DNA from: Candidatus Hydrogenedentales bacterium
GTDB taxonomy: Bacteria; Hydrogenedentota; Hydrogenedentia; Hydrogenedentales; SLHB01
NCBI GenBank assembly: GCA_041859045.1
Contig: JBHELB010000012.1
Span: 32,798 to 96,797, forward strand
Reading direction: 5' to 3'
DNA length: 64,000 nt
Shown: piece after piece, positions 9,440 through 18,709 of the stretch
Position numbering within the stretch: position 1 is the first letter of the stretch
Layout of the letters: every line of letters starts with the position of its first letter
Notes under the pieces: model-generated
Seen by the model: the letters and a program-made list of their open reading frames with translations, nothing else
What the model was told of the DNA's origin: nothing
Databases searched by the model: none
Made by a program: the position numbers and the translations under genes

Positions 9440-10579
9440 TCAACTCCCTTTGGCTGCGTTACGGAAACGCTCATGCACAATCGCGCCGCTGTGCGTGATG
9501 AGGCACCCCTTCACGATCTCATCGTCGAGGCGTAGGTCCATCGTCTTCTTCTCCTTATCCCAGAACTCTTCGATTAAGGCGACAAGATTCGACGAGTACA
9601 TCTGGCTCGCGTGCGTCGCCACGCGTCCGGGAAGGTTGTGCAGTCCGAGCAGGCGCACGCCCTCGATCTCCACCTCTTTTCCAAGCTCGATCCCCTCGAC
9701 GTTCCCGCCCGACTCCACCGCAAGATCGACCACCACGCTGCCCGGGCGCATGCGGGCGATCATGTCGCGCGTGACGATCACGGGAGCGCGACGCCCAAAC
9801 ACCTGCGCGGTGGTGATCACGATGTCCGATTGCGCACAGACCTTCGCCATCCCCTCGCGTTGCAGCGCCTGCTGTTCCGGCGTCAACTCGCGCGCATAGC
9901 CGTCCTTGGTTTGACCCGTCTCGCCGAGATCGATCTTGACGAATTTCGCGCCTAGCGACAGCACCTGCTCTTCGACCACGGGCCGCGTGTCGAACGCTTC
10001 AACCCGCGCGCCCAGACGCTTCGCCGTTGCGATCGCCTGAAGTCCCGCCACGCCCGCGCCGATCACGAACACGCGCGCGGGACTAATCGTGCCCGCCGGC
10101 GTCATCATCATCGGCAGGATTTTGGTTAGCCGTTCCGCCGCGACGATCACCGCGACGTAGCCCGCGAGGTTCGCCTGAGAACTCAGGGCATCCATTTTTT
10201 GCGCGCGCGTGGTGCGAGGGATCATTTCCATGCTAATCGCGCTTATGCCCGCCGAAGCAAACGCGTCGAGCAGCGCCGACTCGTTAAACGGATCAAGAAA
10301 GCTTATGTGGACCGCGCCGCGCTTCATTTGCGCGGCCTCGACGAGCGTGGGCTTGCGCAGCCGCAACACGAGGTCTGCGCGCTCCAACGCACCGCCCCGA
10401 TCAGCGGTCACCGTCGCACCCACAGCGGCATACGCATCGTCGCGATGTCCCGCTTGGAGACCCACTCCGGATTCAACAGTCACGGTCGCGCCCAATTTCA
10501 CCAACTTCGACACACCCTCTGGCACGAGTGGAGCGCGAGACTCGTGCGCATCGGTCTCTTTCGGAACAAATACGTCCAT
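9440..10579 (-). CDS. pntA: NAD(P) transhydrogenase subunit alpha part 1 (alanine dehydrogenase-like dI domain)
   Basis: 379 aa. Contains a Rossmann motif VFVIGAGVAGLQA and MDVFVPKETDAHESRAPLVPEGVSKL. Confidence 0.85.
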   Translation of the reverse strand: MDVFVPKETDAHESRAPLVPEGVSKLVKLGATVTVESGVGLQAGHRDDAYAAVGATVTADRGGALERADLVLRLRKPTLVEAAQMKRGAVHISFLDPFNESALLDAFASAGISAISMEMIPRTTRAQKMDALSSQANLAGYVAVIVAAERLTKILPMMMTPAGTISPARVFVIGAGVAGLQAIATAKRLGARVEAFDTRPVVEEQVLSLGAKFVKIDLGETGQTKDGYARELTPEQQALQREGMAKVCAQSDIVITTAQVFGRRAPVIVTRDMIARMRPGSVVVDLAVESGGNVEGIELGKEVEIEGVRLLGLHNLPGRVATHASQMYSSNLVALIEEFWDKEKKTMDLRLDDEIVKGCLITHSGAIVHERFRNAAKGS

Positions 10580-10758
10580 AGTGTCCCCTTTCTTGGCATT
10601 CTAACACCGTCACCCCCGGGAATATGCCAGGCAGGGCAGTCCTCCAAAATTGAACCGCGTTTTCCCCGGAATCCCCGACGCCTTTTCTCTTCAATTCAGG
10701 TTCCCGCTCGGCTACGATAGACGCGTCGGGGAAACATTACAACAGGGAGGGACATCGA

Positions 10759-12159
10759 ATGGACGACAGAAAGCGCGCGCGCGCCATGGCGCGGCGAACG
10801 TTCCTGAAGCGCGGGGCCGGCGCAGTCTCGGCTGGGTTCGCGCTGGCCCATGGCCTGCCCGCCGGGGCAAGTGCGACGAGCGAATCCACAGCGGCAACGA
10901 ATCAAACCAGCGTGTCCGCCGCGAACGAAAAGTACACGTGCACATACTTCGAATTCTCAAAACATCCCGACTCCGACTCCACCTGGGCGCTGTCGGTCGG
11001 TCCGGATGGTCGCATTTACGCCGGGGCCTGCGCAGAGACCGTGCCGGGCGGCGTGGCGTGGGTGGTGCGCTACAACGAGAAGAAGAACGCGCTCGACTAC
11101 CTCTTTCAAGCCGACAAGCTTGTGGACGATCCCGGCGACAGCGGGCGTGCCACGCAGTGCAAAATCCACTACAGTTTCGCTCCGTCGATGCACGACAACA
11201 TCATGTACATGGCCACGCATCTCTCTGGTCCGCCCATCGATCTCCCGCGGTACTCGCCGTGGCTGTTCTGGCACGATCCGAAGCGCTGTTTCCGCGGCGC
11301 GGCGCTCATTGCCTACGACACCCGCCGAGACAAGGTGCTCTGGTGGGATACGCTGATCCCGAAGGAAGGGTGTCGCTGCCTGCTGCATGACGAGGAGCGT
11401 GGATTGCTCTACGCGCTCAGCTATCCGCGAGATCATTTCATTATCTACGACATCAAGAAACGCGAACGCCGCGATCTCGGACGGATCGGGTCGGTAAACG
11501 CGCAGACGCTGTTTCTCGATCGACGCCACCGGGTCTGGACAACGAATGACGATGGGCAACTTATTAAGTACGATCCCGAAACGGATCGCCTCAGCGCATC
11601 TCCGTTCACCTTGCCCCACAACCCACAGTTTCAGACCGGCTGGCATAGCGTGTTCTACGATGTCGCGCCATCGCCGGACGGAGAGTGTGTCTACGCCTCG
11701 ACGTGGATCGCTCAGCCGCACCTCATGCGCATATGGCCGAACGAGGGCGAATGGCCGCGCGTGGAAGACCTCGGTCCCGGGACTCAGGACCGCGATCCGT
11801 CCTTCCCGGTCGACACGTTCCTCGATCACTGCGGCGGTCTGACGTTCGCGGGCGACGGTAACCTCTATTATGTCGCGTCGCGCTGGCGCGACCCCGTGTA
11901 CATGCCGACGCCGTCAGAACGCAAGGAGCGCGAAGGCGTGGTGTGGCGGCTGAATCCTGTGACGCTCGAACGTGAAGAGGTCACGACGCTGAATCACCCC
12001 AAGAACATGGCGCAGTACGCAGCGCGCGGGGCGGTCGATCACAATGGCGACCTCTTCTTCGCACACATTGGATCGCGCCCGTCGGGCCTCTTCCGTGTGG
12101 AAATGCCCGCCAACCGCAAACGCCCGAACGCCCATCTCCCCATCCGGATGTGGGGGTAG
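10759..12159 (+). CDS. Tat-signal secreted protein, predicted beta-propeller repeats
   Basis: The N-terminus RRTFLKRGAGAVSAGFALAHG...ASA is a twin-arginine signal. Repeated blocks (GRIYAGA, GLLYALS, GQLIKYD, GECVYAS, GNLYYVAS, GDLFFAH) resemble propeller blades. RBS GGGAGGG. Confidence 0.6.
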   Translation: MDDRKRARAMARRTFLKRGAGAVSAGFALAHGLPAGASATSESTAATNQTSVSAANEKYTCTYFEFSKHPDSDSTWALSVGPDGRIYAGACAETVPGGVAWVVRYNEKKNALDYLFQADKLVDDPGDSGRATQCKIHYSFAPSMHDNIMYMATHLSGPPIDLPRYSPWLFWHDPKRCFRGAALIAYDTRRDKVLWWDTLIPKEGCRCLLHDEERGLLYALSYPRDHFIIYDIKKRERRDLGRIGSVNAQTLFLDRRHRVWTTNDDGQLIKYDPETDRLSASPFTLPHNPQFQTGWHSVFYDVAPSPDGECVYASTWIAQPHLMRIWPNEGEWPRVEDLGPGTQDRDPSFPVDTFLDHCGGLTFAGDGNLYYVASRWRDPVYMPTPSERKEREGVVWRLNPVTLEREEVTTLNHPKNMAQYAARGAVDHNGDLFFAHIGSRPSGLFRVEMPANRKRPNAHLPIRMWG

Positions 12160-12168
12160 GAAATAAAC

Positions 12169-13269
12169 ATGAAATCAAAAAAGAAAAAATACGACATGAA
12201 CTCGCCGGAAACGGAAGCGTTAATGGCGAAAATTGGCCACGGCAGTTTCACTCTCGAGGGACACTTTGTGGCGTTTCCACTCTGTTTTCCCGGCGCGAGC
12301 ACGCCCATTCCCCTCGATGAGAGCAAAATCACCGCGCTCGACACGCACGGCGACCAGGTCTACGGCGGAACGAGCGGAAACGCGGCGCATTTGTTCGTCG
12401 CTGATTTCCGCGGTGCGACCGGCGCAGTGTTGGATCTTGGCGCGATCGAGAAGGCTAACCACTGCGCGGCGGTCTGTTGTGCGGCGGATCAACTCGTTGC
12501 CCTCGTGAATGCTCCTAACGCGGGCCGTGTCGTGCTGTCCCCGTACCACGCCAAATTCGCCGATCTGATCCAGGAATGGGGGTTCCAGCGAAAGCCCTTC
12601 AAGGACCTCGGTGCGCCGGTTCCCGGCGAGAAGATTGTTCACGGCGTGACATTGCCAGAGGGCAAGCTGGTTCTCGGTGCAACGACCGGCCACTTGTTCC
12701 TAGTCGATGTCGCCGCAGCGAAGATGGAGGTCCTCGGCGAGGTTCCCGGCAAGGGCGAACTCGTCGTTACGTCGAGCGGCGCGGTCTTGGGCCAGGATGG
12801 TCCCGAGCACTTATGGCGCTTCGACCCGAAGTCGCGCGAACTACAACGCCGCGCCGTGGCGTTGCCCAAAGGCAATTGGGACGCGCCGCTGGTCTGGGCG
12901 CGTGATGCGCACGCCGGCCTGCTCTACACGGCCGACGCCCAAGGCCAACTGTACGCCTGCGACGAATCCAAGGGGTATGCGTTCACCCCACGCGCCAAAG
13001 CGCCGCTCGCTCCTGTGGGGCCGATGGCGGTATCGCTGGACGGACGCCTCTTTGGCGCGTGCGGCAACGAAATGGCGCATACCTTCGTCCTCGAGCCCAA
13101 CGCCTCCGAGGCGCGCGACCTCGGCGTTGCCTTGTCGGTGTTGCAGCGCCGCCGCTACGGCTACGAGTTCGGCGCGGCAGTAACCGGCCCCGACGGTCAG
13201 ATCTACTTCGGCGAAAGCGACAACCTCGGCCATCTCTTCATCTACTTCCCGCGCATCTGGCGGGCATAG
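12169..13269 (+). CDS. beta-propeller-like hypothetical protein, paralogous in style to the upstream gene; no signal peptide
   Basis: 366 aa. Repeated G-x-hydrophobic-Y/F blocks (DQVYGG, GHLFLVD, GQLYACD, GRLFGACG, GQIYFGE). 9-nt gap after the upstream gene. RBS GGTAGGAAA. Confidence 0.55.
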   Translation: MKSKKKKYDMNSPETEALMAKIGHGSFTLEGHFVAFPLCFPGASTPIPLDESKITALDTHGDQVYGGTSGNAAHLFVADFRGATGAVLDLGAIEKANHCAAVCCAADQLVALVNAPNAGRVVLSPYHAKFADLIQEWGFQRKPFKDLGAPVPGEKIVHGVTLPEGKLVLGATTGHLFLVDVAAAKMEVLGEVPGKGELVVTSSGAVLGQDGPEHLWRFDPKSRELQRRAVALPKGNWDAPLVWARDAHAGLLYTADAQGQLYACDESKGYAFTPRAKAPLAPVGPMAVSLDGRLFGACGNEMAHTFVLEPNASEARDLGVALSVLQRRRYGYEFGAAVTGPDGQIYFGESDNLGHLFIYFPRIWRA

Positions 13270-13276
13270 CCAATTG

Positions 13277-13330
13277 AACCGAGGGAGACGTCCTCCAACA
13301 TGGACGTTTCCCTCGGTTTGCCCGGATTTT
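13277..13330 (+). terminator. intrinsic terminator after the beta-propeller gene pair
   Basis: 17-bp stem (13277-13293 / 13302-13318, one mismatch) with an 8-nt loop, then a T-rich tract GTTTGCCCGGATTTTCGG, starting 8 nt after the stop codon. Confidence 0.6.
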
Positions 13331-13411
13331 CGGCGCACGGTATGATACTCCTCGGCGTCGCACACGGCTGTTTGGAGATATACCCGCGGCACTGCCGCGT
13401 TTCGGAGTAGC

Positions 13412-16246
13412 ATGAGCACATCCCCAGTGAAGGCCCGTCTCGAGGCGACGGGCTGTGAAGTCTGTTTCGACGATCTCACCCGGCAACTCTATGCCACGGA
13501 CGCCTCGCTGTATCAGATTCCGCCGATGGCGGTGGCTTTTCCGCGCACAGCGGAGGAGGCCGCGCGTGTCATTGGCGCGGCGGCCGAGTCGGGCGTCGCG
13601 GTGACGCCGCGCGGCGCAGGCACTGGGCTGGTCGGCGGGGCAATCGGCTCGGGGATCGTCGTGGATCTCGCGCGGCACCTGCGCGGCATTGGCCCGCTTG
13701 ATCGCGAGCGCATGACGGTGCGCGCAGGCGCGGGGGTTGTGCTCGATGCGCTTAACGCTTGGCTCAAACCCCACGGTCTCTGCTTTGGCCCGGATGTCGC
13801 CACGAGCTCGCGCGCGACAATCGGCGGCATGATCGCCAATAACTCTTCCGGCGCGCGCGCGCCGATCTACGGTCTCACTGCGGACCATGTGGTTGCGCTC
13901 GACGCCGTGCTGGCGGATGGGCGCACGGTGACCATCGACCGCGAGAGCGCAGCGCTCGGCGCGGTGCGAGATGCCGTGGGCAAGATAGTAGCGCGCTGCG
14001 AGGGGGAAATCCGCGCGCGTATGCCCGAAGGCCTCGTGAAACGCTGGCCTGGTTATGCGTTCGATCGCTGGTTGAAGGACCCGGGAAATCTGCTGACGAT
14101 GCTTGTCGGCAGCGAAGGTACGCTCGCGGGGATCACTGGGGCCGAACTCAAGGTAGTGCCGATTCCTAGAAAAAAAGTCCTCGTGTTGCTGTATTTCCCC
14201 ACCGTACTCGAGGCCATGAGCGCAACGGTTGATTTGCTCGACCTGAAGCCGGCCGCGATAGAGCACATCGACCGTATCCTTTTCGATCAAACGCGCGGAC
14301 AACTCGCGTTCGAACCCACGCGCGCGTTGATGGGCCTCGACGATGAAGCAACGAACGCGATTCTGATGGTCGAGTTCTACGACAATATCGACGACCGCGT
14401 GGATGCGCTGCTCCATCGCAATCTCGGCACGCGCCACCAAGTGCTTACGGACGCGAAAGAGATGGAGCGCGTCTGGGCGTTGCGCAAAGCAGGCGTCGCT
14501 TTGCTCATGGGCCGCAAGGGGGCGGCCAAACCCATCGTGGGCATCGAGGATACCGCCGTGCGGCCCACGCAGTTGCCGGAGTACGTGCGCGCGTTTCAAG
14601 AACTACTCAAACGTTTCGACCTCGACGGTTCGTTCTACGGGCATGCGGCCTCGGGATTACTCCATATACGCCCCGTGCTCGATCTGCATACGGGCGACGG
14701 CGTGCGGCGCTTCCGAGAACTTACCACCGAAGTCTCCGCGTTGGTCAAGGAATTCAACGGCTCGATCTCGGCGGAGCACGGCGTGGGTATTGCCCAGACG
14801 CCGTACCTGCGCGAGCATCTCGGCGGTACGCTCGTCGAGGCCACGCGTGAAGTCAAGGCGTTGTTTGACCCGAAGGGCCGAATGAACCCTGGCAAACTGT
14901 TGGCGGAACCGGGATTCGAATCCACCGAGCATCTGCGCTGGGGCGCGGGCTATGCCATTCCGACACCGTTTGAACCCGTGCTGCGGTTCGCGGCGAAAGA
15001 CGGCTCGTTTGTCGGCAATCTCGAGCAGTGCAACGGCTGCGGCGGCTGCCGGAAGGAAACGCCGACGATGTGCCCGACGTTCATTGCCACTGGCGATGAG
15101 ATTATGTCCACACGCGGGCGCGCCAACGTCATTCGCGCCGTGCTCGACGGCCGCCTCGACAGCGGCAAGGACCCGCTGCTGAGTCCTTCGCTCGACAAGG
15201 CCCTGGGCTACTGTCTCGCGTGTAAGGCATGCACCGCCGAATGCCCCTCGAACGTAAATATGGCCCTGATGAAGGCCGAGTTGTTGCATGCAAAGCAACG
15301 CAAGTTCGGCGTTCCCCTGCGCGAGCGCGTGTTCAGCCTCGTGGACGTCCTCGGCGCGCTGGGTACGTTGACGCCCGGGCTCGCCAACGCCGCGCTGAAA
15401 TGGCGCTGGCTGCGTCAACTGCTGCGGGCCACGTTGGGCATCGCGCTGCAGCGTCCGTTGCCGCCGTATGCGCGGCAACGGTTTGACCGCTGGTTCCACG
15501 GCCGCGCGCGCGTGGATAAGGCAGGGCGTGGGAAAGTCTACCTCTGGGACGACACCTTCGTGCGCTTTCACGAGCCGAACGTGGGGCAAGCCGCAGTGAC
15601 GGTGCTCGAAGCGGCGGGCTTCGAGGTGGCGTTGGTGGAGGGGCGCAAGTGCTGCGGGCGCCCGGCGTTCAGCGTGGGACGTCTCGATCGCGCCCGCGCA
15701 CTCGGGGAACACAATGTTCGGCTGATTCGTGCGCGCGGCGGCGATGAGCCGATCCTGTTCCTTGAACCGTCATGCTATGCGATGTTCGCGGAAGACTACC
15801 GTGAACTCGGCATCGATGGCGCGGAGGAAGTGGCGAAGCGCTGTCTTCTGTTCGAACAATTCGTGTGGGATCTCGTGGAGCGCGAGCCCGATGCGTTGCA
15901 CTTTGACTGCGCGTGCACACGTGTCGCGGTGCATGCGCATTGCCACGCCAAGGCGCTCTCGGACACCAGCGTACAGACGAAGTTACTGTCGCGCATTCCC
16001 GATGCGGTCGTGACCATGCTCAACACGGGGTGCTGCGGCATGGCGGGGGCCTTTGGCGCGTGTGAAGAGAAATACGACGTATCGGTGAAAGTCGCGGAGC
16101 CGCTGGTGCAACAACTGAATGCCTTGGAGCCCGGCGCGGCGGTCGTGGCGAGCGGCACGAGCTGCCGCCATCAGATCACGCACCTGACCGAGTCCGAGCC
16201 GTTGCACATTGCGGAACTGCTGGCACGGGCACTTGCCCGGCGCTAA
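13412..16246 (+). CDS. FAD-linked oxidase fused to a 4Fe-4S/CCG-domain module (GlcD-GlcF-like; YdiJ / D-2-hydroxyacid dehydrogenase family)
   Basis: 944 aa. N-terminal FAD-binding PCMH-type domain (VTPRGAGTGLVGGA). Middle CxxCxxCxxxC ferredoxin motifs (CNGCGGCRKE, CLACKACTAECP). Two C-terminal CCG motifs (KCCGRP, GCCGMAGAFG). Confidence 0.8.
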   Translation: MSTSPVKARLEATGCEVCFDDLTRQLYATDASLYQIPPMAVAFPRTAEEAARVIGAAAESGVAVTPRGAGTGLVGGAIGSGIVVDLARHLRGIGPLDRERMTVRAGAGVVLDALNAWLKPHGLCFGPDVATSSRATIGGMIANNSSGARAPIYGLTADHVVALDAVLADGRTVTIDRESAALGAVRDAVGKIVARCEGEIRARMPEGLVKRWPGYAFDRWLKDPGNLLTMLVGSEGTLAGITGAELKVVPIPRKKVLVLLYFPTVLEAMSATVDLLDLKPAAIEHIDRILFDQTRGQLAFEPTRALMGLDDEATNAILMVEFYDNIDDRVDALLHRNLGTRHQVLTDAKEMERVWALRKAGVALLMGRKGAAKPIVGIEDTAVRPTQLPEYVRAFQELLKRFDLDGSFYGHAASGLLHIRPVLDLHTGDGVRRFRELTTEVSALVKEFNGSISAEHGVGIAQTPYLREHLGGTLVEATREVKALFDPKGRMNPGKLLAEPGFESTEHLRWGAGYAIPTPFEPVLRFAAKDGSFVGNLEQCNGCGGCRKETPTMCPTFIATGDEIMSTRGRANVIRAVLDGRLDSGKDPLLSPSLDKALGYCLACKACTAECPSNVNMALMKAELLHAKQRKFGVPLRERVFSLVDVLGALGTLTPGLANAALKWRWLRQLLRATLGIALQRPLPPYARQRFDRWFHGRARVDKAGRGKVYLWDDTFVRFHEPNVGQAAVTVLEAAGFEVALVEGRKCCGRPAFSVGRLDRARALGEHNVRLIRARGGDEPILFLEPSCYAMFAEDYRELGIDGAEEVAKRCLLFEQFVWDLVEREPDALHFDCACTRVAVHAHCHAKALSDTSVQTKLLSRIPDAVVTMLNTGCCGMAGAFGACEEKYDVSVKVAEPLVQQLNALEPGAAVVASGTSCRHQITHLTESEPLHIAELLARALARR

Positions 16247-16256
16247 GGAGACGGCC

Positions 16257-17255
16257 ATGAAATCCACGCCGCGAAAGCCTGTACCGCGCAATGGTTGCGC
16301 ACGCAGCATTGCCTCTTCGCTGGTCGTCCTCCTGCTGATCGCGGCACTTCTGCTATTGCTCAACGCGCGCACGCCGTCCGCCGCCAACTCCGCGCGAACC
16401 CTCGAGCGTCTCGCCCAGACTCCTTCTCCCGCGCAACCCTTTGCCGTCTCGGTGGCGCTGCTTTCCCTTGATGAGCGCGCGAACCGTCATACTCCCCCGC
16501 TCGACGCATGCACTGATGCCGCGAAGCAAGCGGTCCAGCTTGGTGCGGAAATCGTGGTTGTGCATGGCGCGCACTTCCCCGCCACCCGCGCCGCGCTGAA
16601 GAAGACATTGGCGCAGGAGGGCTTTGGCGAAACCACCTATTTTTCGAGCGGACTTGTCGGCAGCGGTCTATTCATCGCCAGCCGCTACGCCATCGAGGGC
16701 ATCGCATACCACCGCTTCCGTCACGCCGGTGACTGGTATCGCCCCTGGGAGGGCGACTGGTATGCCGGACGCGGCGTGGGGATCGCCTGCCTCCGGCTCT
16801 CGCCCGCGGGGCCTCTCCTCTACATCGCCGCGCTCGAGCTGCAACAGCGGTATGAGGGCAGCGAACATGAGCATATCCGCGCCGATCAACTCCGCGAAGT
16901 CGAAACCCTGGCCGAAACGCTTGCCGCGCAAGGCCCACTTCTGATCGCCGGCGGCTTCGGATTTCCCTCGGGTGACGCCGAGCCCCAGGCCTTTGCCGAT
17001 CGCGTGAGGGCCGTCCGGCTGACACCGTCCGAAGACCGCGATAACGCGATCCTCGCCGTGTTGCCGCACGAGTACCGCGCTCAGGCTGACTCCCCCGCAT
17101 CCTTGAAGCTGGTTCGAGGCACTCTGGAGCGCCACGCCGGATATGTCGTCCGTTGTCGCGCCGAACTGACCCCGCCCGAGACGCCGCCTGCTCCGGAAGC
17201 CTCCAGCGCCCCCGCCCCGCCTCCTGCCGACACGGCTACGCCCGGTTCCTCCTGA
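16257..17255 (+). CDS. membrane-anchored hypothetical protein with a Pro/Ala-rich C-terminal tail
   Basis: RBS AAGGAG before ATG 16257. One N-terminal TM helix (LVVLLLIAALLLLLNA). No family recognised. Confidence 0.5.
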   Translation: MKSTPRKPVPRNGCARSIASSLVVLLLIAALLLLLNARTPSAANSARTLERLAQTPSPAQPFAVSVALLSLDERANRHTPPLDACTDAAKQAVQLGAEIVVVHGAHFPATRAALKKTLAQEGFGETTYFSSGLVGSGLFIASRYAIEGIAYHRFRHAGDWYRPWEGDWYAGRGVGIACLRLSPAGPLLYIAALELQQRYEGSEHEHIRADQLREVETLAETLAAQGPLLIAGGFGFPSGDAEPQAFADRVRAVRLTPSEDRDNAILAVLPHEYRAQADSPASLKLVRGTLERHAGYVVRCRAELTPPETPPAPEASSAPAPPPADTATPGSS

Positions 17256-17290
17256 AAACTTCGCCATTTTTGTGGAGTTTTGGGCGGTCT

Positions 17291-17300
17291 TGTGTATAAT
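17291..17300 (+). promoter_or_regulatory. extended -10 promoter element (TGTGTATAAT) for the deacetylase-like gene
   Basis: TGnTATAAT match about 35 nt upstream of ATG 17335. It is flanked by the inverted repeat TGGGCGG (17281-17287) / CCGCCC (17302-17307). The -35 is weak. Confidence 0.35.
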
Positions 17301-17334
17301 CCCGCCCTTGTTGGCGCAAAAGGAGTATTGAAAT

Positions 17335-18153
17335 ATGTTTTCGCCGAAATTCCACTGGTCATGCCTCTGCCTTTTCCTGGTGATAGTAAGTCTGACTTCC
17401 GCTCTGCCTGCCGCTGCCGCGCCGAGGGAAATTCTGGTCGTATTCCGCTATGACGACTACGCCAATTTTACCCCTCTCGACGTTGATCAGGCCGTGATCA
17501 ACGCCTTCCAGCGTCACCGCGTGCCTCTCACCATTGCCGTTATTCCGTTCACCAACCGATTCAGCGACCCTCAGCGCACCCCGCTCACCCCCCTAAAGGT
17601 TGCCATCCTGAATCAGGCCCTTCGATGGGGACACGTCGAGGTCGCTCAGCACGGCTACTCGCACGAGGGGATTGTGCCGGGGCCAACCGCAGAGAATTCA
17701 GAGTTTGCGGGCCGCCCTGCCGAGGAACAGCTCAAACGCATCGCCGAAGGCAAAACCGCGCTCGACTCCGTGTTGATACGCCCCGTCCGGAGTCTTGTTC
17801 CTCCGTGGAACACCTACGATGTCAGCACACTCACAGCGGCGCAGGCGTGTGGCCTTAAGGTGTTTTCCGCCGCGGACTTCGGCTCGAATCGTCCCGCAGA
17901 CTGTACGCTACGCTTTGTGCCCTGCGGCAGTCCGCTTAGCGCGCTGAAAAAGTCTGTCGAAGCCGCCCGCGCGAGCAACCAACGCGTGTGTCTTGTCAGC
18001 GCTCTGTTGCACCCCCAGGAGGTTAAAGACCGTTTCTCGAACGGGCTTTTCACGTTTCAGGAACTCGAAGATATTCTCATGTGGGTAAAGGCTCAGCCCG
18101 ACGTGCGCGCGGTTACGCTCAGTCAGGCGGCGCGGCGGTACAAACAGTCATAG
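17335..18153 (+). CDS. secreted polysaccharide deacetylase-like protein (divergent NodB/DUF2334-like)
   Basis: Signal peptide (LCLFLVIVSLTSALPAAAAP). VVFRYDDY block resembles the NodB TFDDG region. His-containing motifs (VAQHGYSHE) are present. RBS AAAGGAG. Confidence 0.45.
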   Translation: MFSPKFHWSCLCLFLVIVSLTSALPAAAAPREILVVFRYDDYANFTPLDVDQAVINAFQRHRVPLTIAVIPFTNRFSDPQRTPLTPLKVAILNQALRWGHVEVAQHGYSHEGIVPGPTAENSEFAGRPAEEQLKRIAEGKTALDSVLIRPVRSLVPPWNTYDVSTLTAAQACGLKVFSAADFGSNRPADCTLRFVPCGSPLSALKKSVEAARASNQRVCLVSALLHPQEVKDRFSNGLFTFQELEDILMWVKAQPDVRAVTLSQAARRYKQS

Positions 18154-18255
18154 CCCGATGAACGCACGCTCATGGGTTGCTTTCCACCAGTTTTACTGGT
18201 AAAATCCGCGTTTTTCTGGAAGTAATGTCTTGGTGGGGTAGAGGAGAGGTATACC

Positions 18256-18543
18256 ATGCCGACCTACTCGTATGAATGCAAGAAGTGCGAGCACGTAACA
18301 ACGGTCTTTCATGCGATGAGCGCGACGCCGAAGGTGAAGTGCGAAGAGTGCGGAGGCACGCGCATGATCCGTTTGCTGGGCGCAGGCGCAGGGCTCATTT
18401 TCAAGGGCTCCGGCTTCTATGAAACCGATTACAAGCGCGGCGGCGGCAGCGCCTCGGGCAGCAGCGCCAAGTCCGAGACCAAGACCGAATCCAAATCCGA
18501 CGCGAAACCGGCAAAGAAACCGTCGTCGACCGACGCCGCCTAG
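18256..18543 (+). CDS. FmdB-family zinc-ribbon protein
   Basis: MPTYSYECKKCEH...KVKCEECGG has a CxxC-x17-CxxC zinc ribbon. The Gly/Ser/Lys-rich low-complexity tail is typical of the FmdB family. RBS GGAGAGG. Confidence 0.75.
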   Translation: MPTYSYECKKCEHVTTVFHAMSATPKVKCEECGGTRMIRLLGAGAGLIFKGSGFYETDYKRGGGSASGSSAKSETKTESKSDAKPAKKPSSTDAA

Positions 18544-18623
18544 AGCATTTTCACCGAAAATGCCTACGGCGCACCCGCCAAAGTGGCGTGGTGAAAATGC
18601 TCTAATGTCGGAGACCGTAGGCA
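18542..18623 (+). repeat. nested/alternative inverted repeats in the fmdB-argD intergenic region (candidate RNA structure)
   Basis: Perfect 14-bp IR AGAGCATTTTCACC (18542-18555) / GGTGAAAATGCTCT (18590-18603). It encloses a 5-bp hairpin CGCCA-AAG-TGGCG (18576-18588). A second 9-bp IR TGCCTACGG (18561-18569) / CCGTAGGCA (18615-18623) is mutually exclusive with the first. Confidence 0.4.
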
Positions 18624-18709
18624 TAAAAACGTAAAATGCCCTAAGGGATGCGCATAGTCCCGTGGACAATATTCCGCGGGACGCGGCTCGAACTACGGAG
18701 GGACTCTCA

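Noticed and set aside
7755-10579. Three-gene pntA1-pntA2-pntB as a novelty
   Set aside because: The split-alpha transhydrogenase organisation is well known in several bacterial lineages. It is reported as a feature only.
14901-14925. tRNA T-arm-like string GGGATTCGAATCCACC
   Set aside because: It lies in-frame inside the oxidoreductase CDS (encoding EPGFESTEH). There is no acceptor-stem complementarity or anticodon-arm context. It is a coincidental match.
14657-15712. 351-aa minus-strand ORF opposite the FAD/Fe-S oxidoreductase
   Set aside because: It is antisense to a gene with strong motifs and has no independent evidence.
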